Below are positions 22,880 through 33,984 of a stretch of DNA of 64,000 nucleotides, one piece after another. Numbering within the stretch: the stretch's first letter is position 1; each line of letters opens with the position of its first letter. Under the pieces are notes generated by a model. That model worked only from the letters and a program-made list of their open reading frames with translations. It made no database searches and was not told the DNA's origin. Origin of the DNA: Planctomycetota bacterium (GTDB lineage: Bacteria; Planctomycetota; UBA11346); assembly GCA_038213805.1 (NCBI GenBank), contig JBBQSO010000013.1:1-64000 (forward strand). Direction: 5' to 3'. The position numbers and the translations under genes were made by a program.

Positions 22880-23397
22880 GGCAGGCCACCCGCATCCAGG
22901 CGCACGCCCAGGCAGCGCGCCAGAGCCTGACGTCCGCGCATCAGCGCCATGCGCACGCCCTCGCTGGATAGGCCCAGGCGTGCGCCGACCTCGCGGGCGT
23001 TCAGACCCTGCTGGTAACGCAGGTCGAACATGCCGCGCAGACGCTCGTTGAGCTCGCCCAGGCAGGCGCGCAGCGCGGCGTGTTCAGGCCCGGTCTCGGG
23101 CGGCGCCGGCGCGGCCTGCCAGGCCAGCTCCACCAGCTCCTCGAGGGCGTGGTGACGCGGGTAGCGGCGGCGGTGGCGGCTGGCGAGGTGGCGCGCGATG
23201 CCGCGCAGGTAGGCGCCGGGCTCGTCGCCGCGCAGCAGGATCGCGGGATTCGCGAGCACCTCGAGGCAGACGTCCTGGGCGACGTCGTCGGCATCGGCCG
23301 GCGGCAGCAGATGGCGCAGATAGGCGCGCAGCCCATCGAGCTGGCGGTGCAGCTCATCGCGGGCGCGTTCGGCCTCGTCGGGGATGGGCGCGGTCAT
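22876..23397 (-). CDS. ECF RNA polymerase sigma-70 factor
   Basis: DADDVAQDV, YLRGIARH, LRACLGEL..R, LRYQQG, region 4 HTH. Confidence 0.9.
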   Translation of the reverse strand: MTAPIPDEAERARDELHRQLDGLRAYLRHLLPPADADDVAQDVCLEVLANPAILLRGDEPGAYLRGIARHLASRHRRRYPRHHALEELVELAWQAAPAPPETGPEHAALRACLGELNERLRGMFDLRYQQGLNAREVGARLGLSSEGVRMALMRGRQALARCLGVRLDAGGLP

Positions 23398-23408
23398 GCT
23401 GCAGGGAG

Positions 23409-23435
23409 GTGGCGGATGGCGCGTCGGGTGTAACG
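23409..23435 (-). promoter_or_regulatory. Candidate autoregulatory ECF promoter CGTTAC-N16-GCCAC
   Basis: Lies 11 nt upstream of the sigma ATG; matches the motif at 21177-21203. Confidence 0.5.
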
Positions 23436-23484
23436 CAGATACCGCAGCGGGCTGCACAGGCGCATCCGGGCAGCGCGACGGGCC

Positions 23485-24600
23485 TCATCCACCACTGACG
23501 CCCGCAGCTCCGCTGGTGGCGGGGGCCTGGCCGGTATCCAGCCCACCGGCTGCCGCGTACCAGGCGCGCACCACCGCAAGATCAGCGCAGCGCAGCAGCC
23601 GTTGGCGCGCCTCCGGCTCGGCCGCAAACAGTCCGCCGGCCCGGTAATAGCGGGTCAGCTGCTTCAGCTTGGTGAGACTGGCGTGGGGGCCGCGCGCCGC
23701 GCAGATCGCCGCGTCGTAGCGCAGCACGAAGGCCGCTGCCTCGGCGGCGTCGGCAGGCGCTCCGCCGGCCGCGACGCGGAAGATGAAAGGGTCGGCGAGC
23801 GCCGCGCGCCCAACCATCGCCGCATCGCAACCGGTCTCGGCGCGCAGGCGGACGAAATCGGCAGCGTCCTCGATTCCGCCATTGCCGACCAGCGGCGGTG
23901 CACCTGGTACCTGCGCCAGCGCCGCCTTGGCCACGGCCAGCCACGCCCAGGTCGCCGGCTCGGCATAGGACTGGCAGCGCAGGCGCGCGTGCACGGTGAT
24001 CAGCGCCGCACCCGCCGCGGCCGCGGCCAGCACCAGCTCGGCGATGTGGCGCGGCGAGTCGATGCCGGCGCGCAGCTTGGCGCTGACCGGCAGGCCGGTG
24101 GCGGCCACCGCGGTGCTGATGATGCGCGCCAGGACCTCGGGCTTGGCGAGCAGCGCCGAGCCGGCGCACTTGTTGAACACCACCGGCACCGGGCAGCCGA
24201 AGTTGAGGTCGATCCACGGCGCGCCGGCGCGCTCCGCGGCCTGGACGCTGGCCGTGACGTGACGCTCCTCGGCGGCCATGAACTGCACGCCCACCGGACA
24301 GGGGTGGCGGCGCGGCCCCAGCTCGCGGGCCACTACCTTGGCCGACATCGCCGAGCTGCTGATGCGGATGAATTCGGTGCACGCCCCGCCAACCCCGCCG
24401 AGGTCGATGACCAGATCGCGGAACAGCGGGTCGGTGATGCCCTCCATCGGCGCCAGCAGGGCACGGCCAGGGAAGACCAGCGGCCGGCCGGAGCGGCCAT
24501 GGATGGTGAACGGGCCGCTCGCGCTGGTGGCGGTTGTGGTGGTGCGCGGCGCGTCCATGGTCGCAAGGGCGGTCCCGAAAGCGCTCGCCGCTCCGTTCAC
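23485..24600 (-). CDS. tRNA-dihydrouridine synthase (Dus family)
   Basis: LAPMEGITD, DLNFGCP, GSALL, VSAKLR, TVHAR, GNGGI, MVGR; start uncertain (24600 or 24558). Confidence 0.92.
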   Translation of the reverse strand: MNGAASAFGTALATMDAPRTTTTATSASGPFTIHGRSGRPLVFPGRALLAPMEGITDPLFRDLVIDLGGVGGACTEFIRISSSAMSAKVVARELGPRRHPCPVGVQFMAAEERHVTASVQAAERAGAPWIDLNFGCPVPVVFNKCAGSALLAKPEVLARIISTAVAATGLPVSAKLRAGIDSPRHIAELVLAAAAAGAALITVHARLRCQSYAEPATWAWLAVAKAALAQVPGAPPLVGNGGIEDAADFVRLRAETGCDAAMVGRAALADPFIFRVAAGGAPADAAEAAAFVLRYDAAICAARGPHASLTKLKQLTRYYRAGGLFAAEPEARQRLLRCADLAVVRAWYAAAGGLDTGQAPATSGAAGVSGG

Positions 24601-24932
24601 GCGATGACGAAGAAGCGCTTCAGGCGCAGCACGTCGAGGTTGGCGATGATGCTACGGTGGGCGTTGACCAGGGTCACCGGCGTGGCCGTGCCGCCCTTGG
24701 CATAGTGGACGTGCAGCTGCATGAGTCCGGCGTAGAAGGTCGAGCTGGCGCGCAGCGCCCTGGCGAGGTCGATGCGCACCCCGACAAATGGGCCCGGGTG
24801 CATTGCGGTGATCGCCGTCGCCCAGTCCTGCTGCAGGCTGGCGCTGTCGAAGTCGTGTCCCACCGCGACGATGAGCTGGTCCCCGACGACGGTCACGTCG
24901 TAAGCCTGTCGATCCTTGCCACCGTCGGTCAT
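24597..24932 (-). CDS. STAS-domain-like small protein
   Basis: IDLARALRASSTFYAGL...VTLVNA...NLDVLRL..FF matches the anti-anti-sigma fold pattern. Confidence 0.6.
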   Translation of the reverse strand: MTDGGKDRQAYDVTVVGDQLIVAVGHDFDSASLQQDWATAITAMHPGPFVGVRIDLARALRASSTFYAGLMQLHVHYAKGGTATPVTLVNAHRSIIANLDVLRLKRFFVIA

Positions 24933-25096
24933 GGGTGCGTGCTCCTTTGCCATCCGAACTCGCCGGGGGCGTTACCGCCAGGCCCGTCGGATGGCCGCGC
25001 CTTGTCTGCGATGATGGTCGTAACCTCTCCAGGGGCAATACCCACGGACATTGGCCCCAACATTCACAATGCGCCGCGCGACAGCTGGGAAAGCAA

Positions 25097-25120
25097 GAAC
25101 CCCTGCTTGCGCAGGGGTTC
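25097..25120 (-). terminator. Intrinsic terminator after tRNA-Phe
   Basis: GAACCCCTGC-GCAA-GCAGGGGTTC followed by TTGCTTT on the minus strand. Confidence 0.8.
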
Positions 25121-25124
25121 CTGG

Positions 25125-25200
25125 TGGTGGCCTTGGCCGGATTCGAACCAGCGACACGTGGATTTTCAATCCACTGCTCTACCAACTGAGCTACAAGGCC
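25125..25200 (-). tRNA. tRNA-Phe (GAA)
   Basis: 76-nt cloverleaf: acceptor GGCCTTG/CAAGGCC, D-arm GCTC/GAGC, anticodon loop TTGAAAA, TTCGAAT T-loop, encoded CCA. Confidence 0.98.
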
Positions 25201-25281
25201 CTGCGGCTGCGCCCGCTGCGCGAAGCGGCGCGGATGCTAAGAGGACTGGAAGGGAGCGCAAGGACCTGGGGATGGGCAGGC

Positions 25282-25486
25282 GGATGGTGGATGGTGGATG
25301 GTGGATGGTGGATGGTGGATGGTGGATGGTGGGTGGTGGGTGGCTGATGGCTGATGGCTGATGGCTGATGGCAGTGCGAACGTCAGTGACGGTGCCGCAC
25401 CTGCCAAAGGAGCCGGCATTGCGGCAGGGCCTTCCACCAGCGTCATGACCTCAGGACTTTCAGCCATCAGCCATCAGCCATCAGCC
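25282..25486. repeat. Heptamer arrays (GGATGGT)n(GGCTGAT)n with inverted (CAGCCAT)n arm
   Basis: Arrays at 25282-25372 and 25461-25486. Confidence 0.9.
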
Positions 25487-25494
25487 TCGCTGGT

Positions 25495-25980
25495 TCAGGT
25501 CTGTGGCAATCCCTGCGGCGGCGTATGCGGTGAGATGCCCTTGCCACGACAATCGGCGCACACCCCGTACAGTTCCATGCGGTGGTTGCCGAGCACGAAG
25601 CCAAAGCCCTTCGCGACCTCCTCCTGGAGATCCTCGATGCGCTCGTTGTGGAACTCCTGGATGCGACCGCAGCCGGTGCACACCAGGTGGTCGTGGTGGT
25701 CTTTGTTGACCTCGAGTTCGAAGCTGGCCGAGCCTGGGGCGAACTGGCGCTTCGCGGCCACGCCCATCTCAACCAGCATGTTGATGGTGCGGTAGACGGT
25801 GGCCGCGCTCACCGTGCGGTCGATGGCGCGCACGCGGTGGTGCAGGTCCTCGACGGTGATGTGCTGGTCGCAGATGATGAAGGTCTCGACGATCGACTGG
25901 CGTTGGGTGGTCCAACGCACGCCAAGGCGACGGGCCTCGTCGCGCACGCGGCGCAGGATGTCGACGGTCTGGACGGCCAT
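25495..25980 (-). CDS. Fur family transcriptional regulator
   Basis: T.QR..I, HITVEDL, ATVYR, HHDHLVC..CG, YGVC..C. Confidence 0.93.
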   Translation of the reverse strand: MAVQTVDILRRVRDEARRLGVRWTTQRQSIVETFIICDQHITVEDLHHRVRAIDRTVSAATVYRTINMLVEMGVAAKRQFAPGSASFELEVNKDHHDHLVCTGCGRIQEFHNERIEDLQEEVAKGFGFVLGNHRMELYGVCADCRGKGISPHTPPQGLPQT

Positions 25981-26051
25981 GCGCGCCAGGGTAGCGCCGC
26001 CGGGCCAGGAGCCAAGGGCAGTGACCTGGTCTTAGGCATGGGGTGGAGACG

Positions 26052-26127
26052 GCGGAGTGCGGAGTGCGGAGTGCGGAGTGCGAAGAGGCACACCGCTCGA
26101 CCTTGGTTTCCAAGCACTCCGCACTCC
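26052..26127. repeat. Inverted pair of heptamer arrays (GGAGTGC)n...(GCACTCC)n
   Basis: Read directly in the fur-mdh divergent spacer. Confidence 0.85.
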
Positions 26128-26264
26128 CCACCAAGCCCGTCCCGGCCGCAACGATGTCTCCAGGCCACCGCCATCCATCCACCGGGAGCATACGGTGGCC
26201 TGGCCGCGATTCCCGGCTACCGTGCCGGCCCCCCGACGACCAAATCGCCCCTCACGAGGAACCC

Positions 26265-27251
26265 ATGCCCAAGCCCATCCGTGTTGCCGTGACCGGCGCT
26301 GCCGGTCAGATCTGCTACAGCCTGCTGCCGCGCATCGCGAGCGGCGACGTCTTCGGCAAGGACGTTCCGGTCATCCTGCAGCTGCTCGAGATCCCGATGG
26401 ACAAGGCCCAGGCTGCACTGCGGGGCGTCTCGCTCGAACTCGACGACTGCGCATTCCCGCTGCTCCAGGACATGATCCTCACCGATCAGCCGGACGTCGC
26501 CTTCAAGGACGCCAATTGGGTACTGCTGGTCGGATCGAAGCCGCGCGGTCCCGGCCAGGAGCGCGCCGACCTGCTCAAGGACAACGGCCGCATCTTCATC
26601 GGCCAGGGCAAGTCGATCGACGCCGTCGCTGCCGACGACGCGCGCATCGCGGTGGTCGGCAACCCGTGCAACACCAACTGCATGATCGCCGCCCGCCAGG
26701 CCAAGCGCCTGCCCAAGGAGCGCTTCACCGCGATGGTGCGTCTCGACCAGAACCGCGCCGTGGGCCAGCTCGCCAAGAAGGCCGGCGTAGCGGTGACCAC
26801 GGTGTCCGATGTGATCGTCTACGGCAACCACAGCCCGACCATGTTCCCCGACTTCGCGAACGCGAAGATCGGCGGCAAGCCCGCCACCCAGGTGATCAGC
26901 GATCACGCCTGGCTGCGCGACACCTTCATCCCCACGGTTGGCAAGCGCGGCGCCGAGATCATCGCGGCGCGCGGAGTGTCCAGCGCCGCGTCGGCCGCCA
27001 ACGCGCTGATCGATCACGTCAAGGCGCTGACCACCGTCGGTCCCGCCCTGCACTCCATCGCCGTGTACAGCGACGGCTCCTACGGCTTCGCCGAAGGCAT
27101 CTGGGCCGGCATGCCGGTGCGCACCACCGCGCCTGGCACCTACACCGTCGACAAGGGCTTCACCCACGACGAGTTCGCGAAGGCCAAGATCGCTGCAACC
27201 AACGCTGAGCTGGTCGGCGAGCGGGATCTGGTGAAGGAACTGCTGGTCTGA
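26265..27251 (+). CDS. mdh: Malate dehydrogenase (type 2)
   Basis: [47 protein letters not shown]. Confidence 0.97.
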   Translation: MPKPIRVAVTGAAGQICYSLLPRIASGDVFGKDVPVILQLLEIPMDKAQAALRGVSLELDDCAFPLLQDMILTDQPDVAFKDANWVLLVGSKPRGPGQERADLLKDNGRIFIGQGKSIDAVAADDARIAVVGNPCNTNCMIAARQAKRLPKERFTAMVRLDQNRAVGQLAKKAGVAVTTVSDVIVYGNHSPTMFPDFANAKIGGKPATQVISDHAWLRDTFIPTVGKRGAEIIAARGVSSAASAANALIDHVKALTTVGPALHSIAVYSDGSYGFAEGIWAGMPVRTTAPGTYTVDKGFTHDEFAKAKIAATNAELVGERDLVKELLV

Positions 27252-27259
27252 TTGCCCCC

Positions 27260-27330
27260 GTGCGGAGTGCGGAGAGCAGAGTGCCAGGTTGCGCTCCGGC
27301 TATCCGTACTCCGCACTCCGCACTCCGCAC
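27260..27330. repeat. Inverted pair of heptamer arrays (GGAGTGC/GCACTCC) after mdh
   Basis: Direct reading. Confidence 0.85.
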
Positions 27331-27339
27331 CGTGGTCCA

Positions 27340-27744
27340 TCACACCAGCGGACAACCGTGTGGGGCCAGTACCTGCCAGTGCCGTTCCTGGCTCCAAATG
27401 CGGCCCTGGAGGCGTTCGGCGATGGCCCACATCAGCGCCTGCCAGGGGCTGGCGACCTGGCCTGTAGCACGCAGACGCTGGATGATGGCGGCGGCACGGG
27501 TGTGGTCGCGGCCGAGCATGGGCAGGTCGGGGAAGGCGGAAAGCACGTGGTTGAGGCGCACCCCCTGACGCGGGTCGCGGGTGCGCGCGAGCAGCGCCTG
27601 CCGCACCAATCCCAGGAGATAGACCTGACGGCCACGCACGCGCTGCGCGAAGCCATGGACGACCAGTGGATCGGGATCCTGACGGCTGAACGCCTTCAAC
27701 CAGATGTCGACATCCGGAAGGATGAGTTCGAGCGCTTCGGACAT
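27340..27744 (-). CDS. PIN-domain VapC-like protein (degenerate active site)
   Basis: ILPDVDIW N-terminus, AA.I...LR..G, overall size, and position directly after a VapB-like gene. Confidence 0.75.
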   Translation of the reverse strand: MSEALELILPDVDIWLKAFSRQDPDPLVVHGFAQRVRGRQVYLLGLVRQALLARTRDPRQGVRLNHVLSAFPDLPMLGRDHTRAAAIIQRLRATGQVASPWQALMWAIAERLQGRIWSQERHWQVLAPHGCPLV

Positions 27745-27745
27745 G

Positions 27746-27943
27746 TTAAACCGGCGCCGCGGGGGCACCTTGGGCCTGGGCTGCGAAGTCGATGGTACCG
27801 AGGAAGTCGAGGGCCTTGAGCTGGCGGCGGTAGGTAATGGCCTCGGCCACCGCCGCGTCGACCGCCTCGCGCTTGCTCTTGAATCCGGCGATGCGCATGA
27901 GCTCTTCGATCGCCTGGGTATCCACGTCGAGATTGGTGGCCAT
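27746..27943 (-). CDS. VapB-like type II antitoxin (RHH)
   Basis: MATNLDVD..IEE.MRI.G.KSKREAV..A......RRQ......GTIDF; 65 aa. Confidence 0.85.
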   Translation of the reverse strand: MATNLDVDTQAIEELMRIAGFKSKREAVDAAVAEAITYRRQLKALDFLGTIDFAAQAQGAPAAPV

Positions 27944-28123
27944 GAGTACGCACAATAGACTGTGCGACTCTGCCCGCAAGCGAGCAGTTACCTCTTGCCG
28001 GCTGAAGCACCAAGCGTCTGATTGTCTGACCTTCCTGAGATGGCAGCGCGAAATACGATGTGATCGGACATCTCGCGCATCCTTCTCAGGCCTTATCGCA
28101 CAGCTCAACGCACAAGGCCAGAC

Positions 28124-30913
28124 ATGAGTTCCGCCCCCAACGCCTTCGCCTCCGTGGCCAATCTCGCCCTTCTTGAGGAGCAGTATGGCAAATGGAAGGC
28201 TGATCCCGCCACGGTCGATCGCGATTGGCAGCTGTTCTTCACTGGCTTCGACCTCGGTTTCGAGCGGCCGGCCGCGGCCGGCGCCAGCGAGACCACCACC
28301 GACGCGCTCAGGATCCCCGGCCGGGTCGAACAGCAGCGCGCCGACACCTTGATCAACGCCTACCGCGTCTTCGGGCACATGGTCGCCGACCTTGACCCGA
28401 TCGGGATCAACAACACCAACATCGACAGCGTGCCCCACTTCCAGCTTGAGAGCGTTGGCCTGAGCGAGGCCGATCTCGACCGGGTGTTCGCCTGCGACAT
28501 CGTCTTCGGCCTCGCCCAACGCGACACCCTGCGCGCCATCATCGCCCACCTGCGCCCGACCTACTGCGGCAGCATCGGCGTCGAGCAGCACCACATCCAG
28601 GATCGCGAAGTGCGCCGCTGGCTGCACCGCGAGATCGAGACCCATCGCAACCAGCCGCAACTGACCAAAGAGGAGAAGCGCCGCATCCTGATGAAGGTCA
28701 ACCAAGCAGAGATGCTGGAAAGCTTCATCCACACCAAGTTCCTTGGCCAGAAACGCTTCTCGCTTGAGGGTGGCGAAGCGCTCATCCCTTGCCTGGACGC
28801 CATCCTCGACCTCGCTCCCGAACTCGGCGCCAAGGAAGTGGTGATGGGCATGGCCCATCGCGGCCGTCTCAACGTGCTGTGCAACACTCTCAACAAATCC
28901 TATGAGGAGGTCTTCACCGAGTTCGAGGGCAGTTACGACCACACCGAACTGCAGGGTGATGGCGACGTGAAGTACCATCTCGGCTACAGCAGCGACTACA
29001 CCAGCAGCAAGGGCGGCAAGCTGCACGTCACGCTCAACGCCAACCCCAGCCACCTGGAGGCGGTCGACCCGGTGGTGCTCGGTCGCGCGCGCGGCAAGCA
29101 GCGCCAGCACAACGATACCGTCGAGCGTGGCACGGTCATCCCCATTCTCATCCACGGCGACGCGGCCATGGCCGGTCAGGGCCTGGTCATGGAGGTCTTC
29201 CAGCTCAGCCAGCTCGAAGGCTACACCACCGGCGGCACCATCCACATCGTCACCAACAACCAGATCGGCTTCACCACCCTGCCGGCGGATGCGCGCTCAA
29301 CACGCTACTGCACCGATATCGCCAAGATGGTCGATGCGCCGATCTTCCACGTCAACGGCGACGACGTCGAAGCGGTGGTGCACGTCACCAAGCTCGCCAC
29401 GCGCTTCCGCCAGGAATTCAAGCGTGACGTGGTCATCGATATCGTCTGCTACCGCCGCCACGGCCACAACGAAACCGACGAGCCCAATTTCACCCAGCCG
29501 ACACTGTACGCGCGCATCGCCGAGCATCCGCGCATCAGCATGATCTACACCGCCAAGCTGCTCGAGCGCGGCGACATCGTGCAGACCGAGGCCGACGCCA
29601 TCGCCACGATCTTCCAGAACCAGCTCCAGGACGCGCTCAATACCGTCAAGGTCAAGCCGGCCAAGCTCACGCGTAGCCGCTTCGGTGGCATCTGGCAGGG
29701 TCTGAGCAACCGCTACAGCCACGATCCGGTCGATACCGGCGTACCGCTCGAGACGCTCGACCTGGTCGGTAAGGCGCTCTCGACGTGGCCGGCAGCCTTC
29801 AACATCCACCCCAAGATCAAGCGCCTCGCCGAGGAGCGCGGGCGCGTGGTCCAGACGCGCGGGCGCGTCGACTGGGCGCTCGGCGAGCTGCTCGCGCTCG
29901 GCACGCTGCTCGCCGAGGGCACGCCGGCGCGACTCTCAGGCCAGGACTGCCGGCGTGGCACCTTCAGTCAACGCCATAGCATGTGGTACGACGTCGCGAC
30001 GCGCGAGCGCTACAAACCGCTGGACCACGTTTCACCCAGCCAAGCCAAGCTCTGCGTCTACAACAGCCCGCTGTCCGAGGCGGCGGTGCTCGGCTTCGAC
30101 TACGGGTATTCGCTGGCCGAGCCCAACATGCTCATCATCTGGGAAGCGCAGTTCGGCGACTTCGTCAACGGCGCACAGGTCATCATCGACCAGTTCATGG
30201 CCTCGAGCGAGAGCAAGTGGGGCCGTTCCTGCGGATTGGTGCTGATGCTGCCCCACGGCCAGGAGGGCGCCGGGCCGGAGCACAGCTCGGCGCGCCTTGA
30301 GCGCTTCCTGCAGAACTGCGCCGAGGACAACATGCAGGTCGCCTACTGCACCACCGCGGCCCAGCACTACCATATCCTACGTCGGCAGATGCACCGCAAA
30401 TTCCGCAAGCCGCTGATTTTGATGACCCCCAAGAGCCACCTGCGCTCGAAGCAGGCTTCGAGCGACATCCAGGATTTCGTCAGCGGACGTTTCCGCGAGA
30501 TCCTTGTCGACCCCTCGCCGAAGAAGGCCAAGCGCGCGGTCATCTGCACTGGCAAGATCGCCCACGAGCTCAATGACCGGATTGCCGCCGACAAGCTCGA
30601 GGAGGTCGCGGTGGTACGCATCGAGCAACTCTACCCGCTCAACGAGACCCTGCTCAAGAAGACTCTCAAAGGGTTCGATCCCGGCGTCGATTTCGTCTGG
30701 TGCCAGGAGGAGCCGCAGAACATGGGTGCCTGGACCTTCATCGAGCCGGCGCTGCGCCACCACCTTGGCAAGGAGTTCGCCTACGCGGGCCGCGAGGCCG
30801 CGGCCAGCCCTGCCCCAGGCAGCATGGGACTGTTCCTGGTCGAACAGGAACAGCTGATCTCGAGCGCGCTCGGCATTCCTGCGCGCAAACCCGTCAAGGG
30901 CGGCGCGCACTAG
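28124..30913 (+). CDS. sucA: 2-oxoglutarate dehydrogenase E1
   Basis: [53 protein letters not shown]. Confidence 0.98.
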   Translation: MSSAPNAFASVANLALLEEQYGKWKADPATVDRDWQLFFTGFDLGFERPAAAGASETTTDALRIPGRVEQQRADTLINAYRVFGHMVADLDPIGINNTNIDSVPHFQLESVGLSEADLDRVFACDIVFGLAQRDTLRAIIAHLRPTYCGSIGVEQHHIQDREVRRWLHREIETHRNQPQLTKEEKRRILMKVNQAEMLESFIHTKFLGQKRFSLEGGEALIPCLDAILDLAPELGAKEVVMGMAHRGRLNVLCNTLNKSYEEVFTEFEGSYDHTELQGDGDVKYHLGYSSDYTSSKGGKLHVTLNANPSHLEAVDPVVLGRARGKQRQHNDTVERGTVIPILIHGDAAMAGQGLVMEVFQLSQLEGYTTGGTIHIVTNNQIGFTTLPADARSTRYCTDIAKMVDAPIFHVNGDDVEAVVHVTKLATRFRQEFKRDVVIDIVCYRRHGHNETDEPNFTQPTLYARIAEHPRISMIYTAKLLERGDIVQTEADAIATIFQNQLQDALNTVKVKPAKLTRSRFGGIWQGLSNRYSHDPVDTGVPLETLDLVGKALSTWPAAFNIHPKIKRLAEERGRVVQTRGRVDWALGELLALGTLLAEGTPARLSGQDCRRGTFSQRHSMWYDVATRERYKPLDHVSPSQAKLCVYNSPLSEAAVLGFDYGYSLAEPNMLIIWEAQFGDFVNGAQVIIDQFMASSESKWGRSCGLVLMLPHGQEGAGPEHSSARLERFLQNCAEDNMQVAYCTTAAQHYHILRRQMHRKFRKPLILMTPKSHLRSKQASSDIQDFVSGRFREILVDPSPKKAKRAVICTGKIAHELNDRIAADKLEEVAVVRIEQLYPLNETLLKKTLKGFDPGVDFVWCQEEPQNMGAWTFIEPALRHHLGKEFAYAGREAAASPAPGSMGLFLVEQEQLISSALGIPARKPVKGGAH

Positions 30914-30975
30914 GGGCGCAGGCCCTGGTGACGCCCACCCTATTCCCCCTCCATCAGCGAAGAACGGAACCTTCC

Positions 30976-32196
<1,221 letters not shown>

Positions 32197-32207
32197 GCCG
32201 AGCAGGA

Positions 32208-32340
32208 TCCGGAAGTCCGGAAGTCCGGAAGTCTTCAAGCCCCGGAAGCGCAGCGCGTACGGGGCGCCCCCCTCTCTATGGGTCGCCCGCGACTCCATCC
32301 CACGAGACTCCCGGACTTCCGGACTTCCGGACTTCCGGAC
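32208..32340. repeat. Inverted pair of octamer arrays between sucB and lpdA
   Basis: Arms at 32208-32234 and 32305-32340. Confidence 0.9.
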
Positions 32341-32361
32341 CCTCCCCCAAGGTTCCCAACC

Positions 32362-33777
32362 ATGTCCTCTTACGACCTGATCATCATCGGCGCCGGTCCC
32401 GGCGGCTATGTGTGCGCGATCCGCGCGGCCCAGCTCGGCATGAAGGTGGCCATCGTCGAGAAGCGCGCCGAAGGGCCGAAGGTGCGGCTCGGCGGCACCT
32501 GTCTCAACGTCGGCTGCATCCCTTCGAAAGCGCTGCTCGACACCTCCGAGCACTTCGCCAACGCGAGCAAGCACTTCGCCGAGCACGGCATCGACGTCGG
32601 CAAGCCGGCGATCAACGTCGCGCAGATGCTGAAGCGCAAGGACAAGGTGGTCGGCACGCTGGTCGATGGCGTGTCCTTCCTGATGAAGAAGAACAAGATC
32701 GAGGTGCTGACCGGCGTCGGCGCGCTGAAGAGCGCGGGCGCGGTGACTGTCACCAGCCAGGACGGCAAGGCCGTGGAGCACACCGCAAAGAACGTGGTGC
32801 TGGCGCTCGGCTCGGTACCGATCGAGCTGCCCTTCCTGAAGTACGACGGCGTCAGCGTGGTCTCGAGCGACCAGGCGATCTCCTTCCCCAAGGTGCCGGA
32901 AAAGCTGCTGGTGGTCGGGGGTGGCGTGATCGGCCTGGAACTCGGCTCGGTGTGGTCGCGCCTCGGCAGCCAGGTCACGGTCATCGAGTTCCTGCCGCAG
33001 ATCTGCCCGTTCCTGGACGCCGACGTCGCCAAGGAGCTGCAGAAGGTGCTGACCAAGCAGGGCATGGCCTTCCAGCTCGAGACCAAGGTCACCGGCGTGC
33101 GCCAGGTGGACGGCAAGCCGGTGCTCGACGCCACCGACAAGGACGGCAAGGCCGTGACCTTCACCGGTGACACCGTGCTGGTCGCGGTCGGCCGCAGACC
33201 ATATATCGAGAGCAGCGGTCTGGAGGCCGCAGGCATCGCACTCACCGAGCGCAAGCGCGTCAAGGTCGACCACGACTTCCGCACCAACCTGCCGGGCGTC
33301 TACGCCATCGGCGACCTCATTGATGGCCCCATGCTGGCGCACAAGGCCGAGGAGGAAGGCTCAACGGTCGCGGAGATCATCGCCGGGCAGAAGAACGTGC
33401 TCGACCACGATCTGATCCCCAATGTGGTCTACACTTGGCCGGAAATGGCCAGCGTCGGCCTGACCGAGGCCGATGCGAAGAAGCGCGGGCTGACGGTGAA
33501 GGTCGGCAAGGCGCTATTCATCGCCAACGGCCGCAGCAAGGCCGCCGGTGAGAACGATGGCTTCGTCAAGCTCATCGCCGATGCCAAGACCGACAAGGTA
33601 CTGGGCGCCGCCATCCTCGGCCCGCGCGCCAGCGACCTGCTCGCCGAGATCACCGCGGTGATGGCCTTCGGCGGCGCCAGCGAGGACATCGCGCGCACCT
33701 GCCACTCGCACCCGACCTTCTCGGAGGTCGTGAAGGATGCGGCGCTGACGGTGCTGGGGCGGCCGATCAGTTCGTGA
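32362..33777 (+). CDS. lpdA: Dihydrolipoamide dehydrogenase E3
   Basis: GAGPGG, GGTCLNVGCIPSK, MLAHKAEEEG, HPTFSE. Confidence 0.97.
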   Translation: MSSYDLIIIGAGPGGYVCAIRAAQLGMKVAIVEKRAEGPKVRLGGTCLNVGCIPSKALLDTSEHFANASKHFAEHGIDVGKPAINVAQMLKRKDKVVGTLVDGVSFLMKKNKIEVLTGVGALKSAGAVTVTSQDGKAVEHTAKNVVLALGSVPIELPFLKYDGVSVVSSDQAISFPKVPEKLLVVGGGVIGLELGSVWSRLGSQVTVIEFLPQICPFLDADVAKELQKVLTKQGMAFQLETKVTGVRQVDGKPVLDATDKDGKAVTFTGDTVLVAVGRRPYIESSGLEAAGIALTERKRVKVDHDFRTNLPGVYAIGDLIDGPMLAHKAEEEGSTVAEIIAGQKNVLDHDLIPNVVYTWPEMASVGLTEADAKKRGLTVKVGKALFIANGRSKAAGENDGFVKLIADAKTDKVLGAAILGPRASDLLAEITAVMAFGGASEDIARTCHSHPTFSEVVKDAALTVLGRPISS

Positions 33778-33780
33778 ACA

Positions 33781-33816
33781 GTCCGGAAATCCGGAGGTCC
33801 GGAGGTCCGGAAGTCG
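33781..33816. repeat. Single octamer array (GGAAGTCC type)
   Basis: About four degenerate units right after the lpdA stop; no adjacent inverted arm. Confidence 0.8.
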
Positions 33817-33984
33817 CGTAGCGCGGGGTCGGAATCGCGATCGAGGCTTGCGGGGGACGCGAGCGTGCGCCCTGTTGCGCGGACGCTGGCAGACCGTCGG
33901 ATCGGTGGTGGAACCGGCGGGGCCTGGCGCGAGGGTAAGGCTGCGACGGCGGGCAATGTCGGCGCGCGCAGCCACGAGGACCGC

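Noticed and set aside
25122..25200. tRNA-Phe as an island integration site; CCACCA at its 3' end
   Set aside because: No integrase and no duplicated tRNA 3' end seen; the extra CCA is only 3 nt and is followed directly by the terminator
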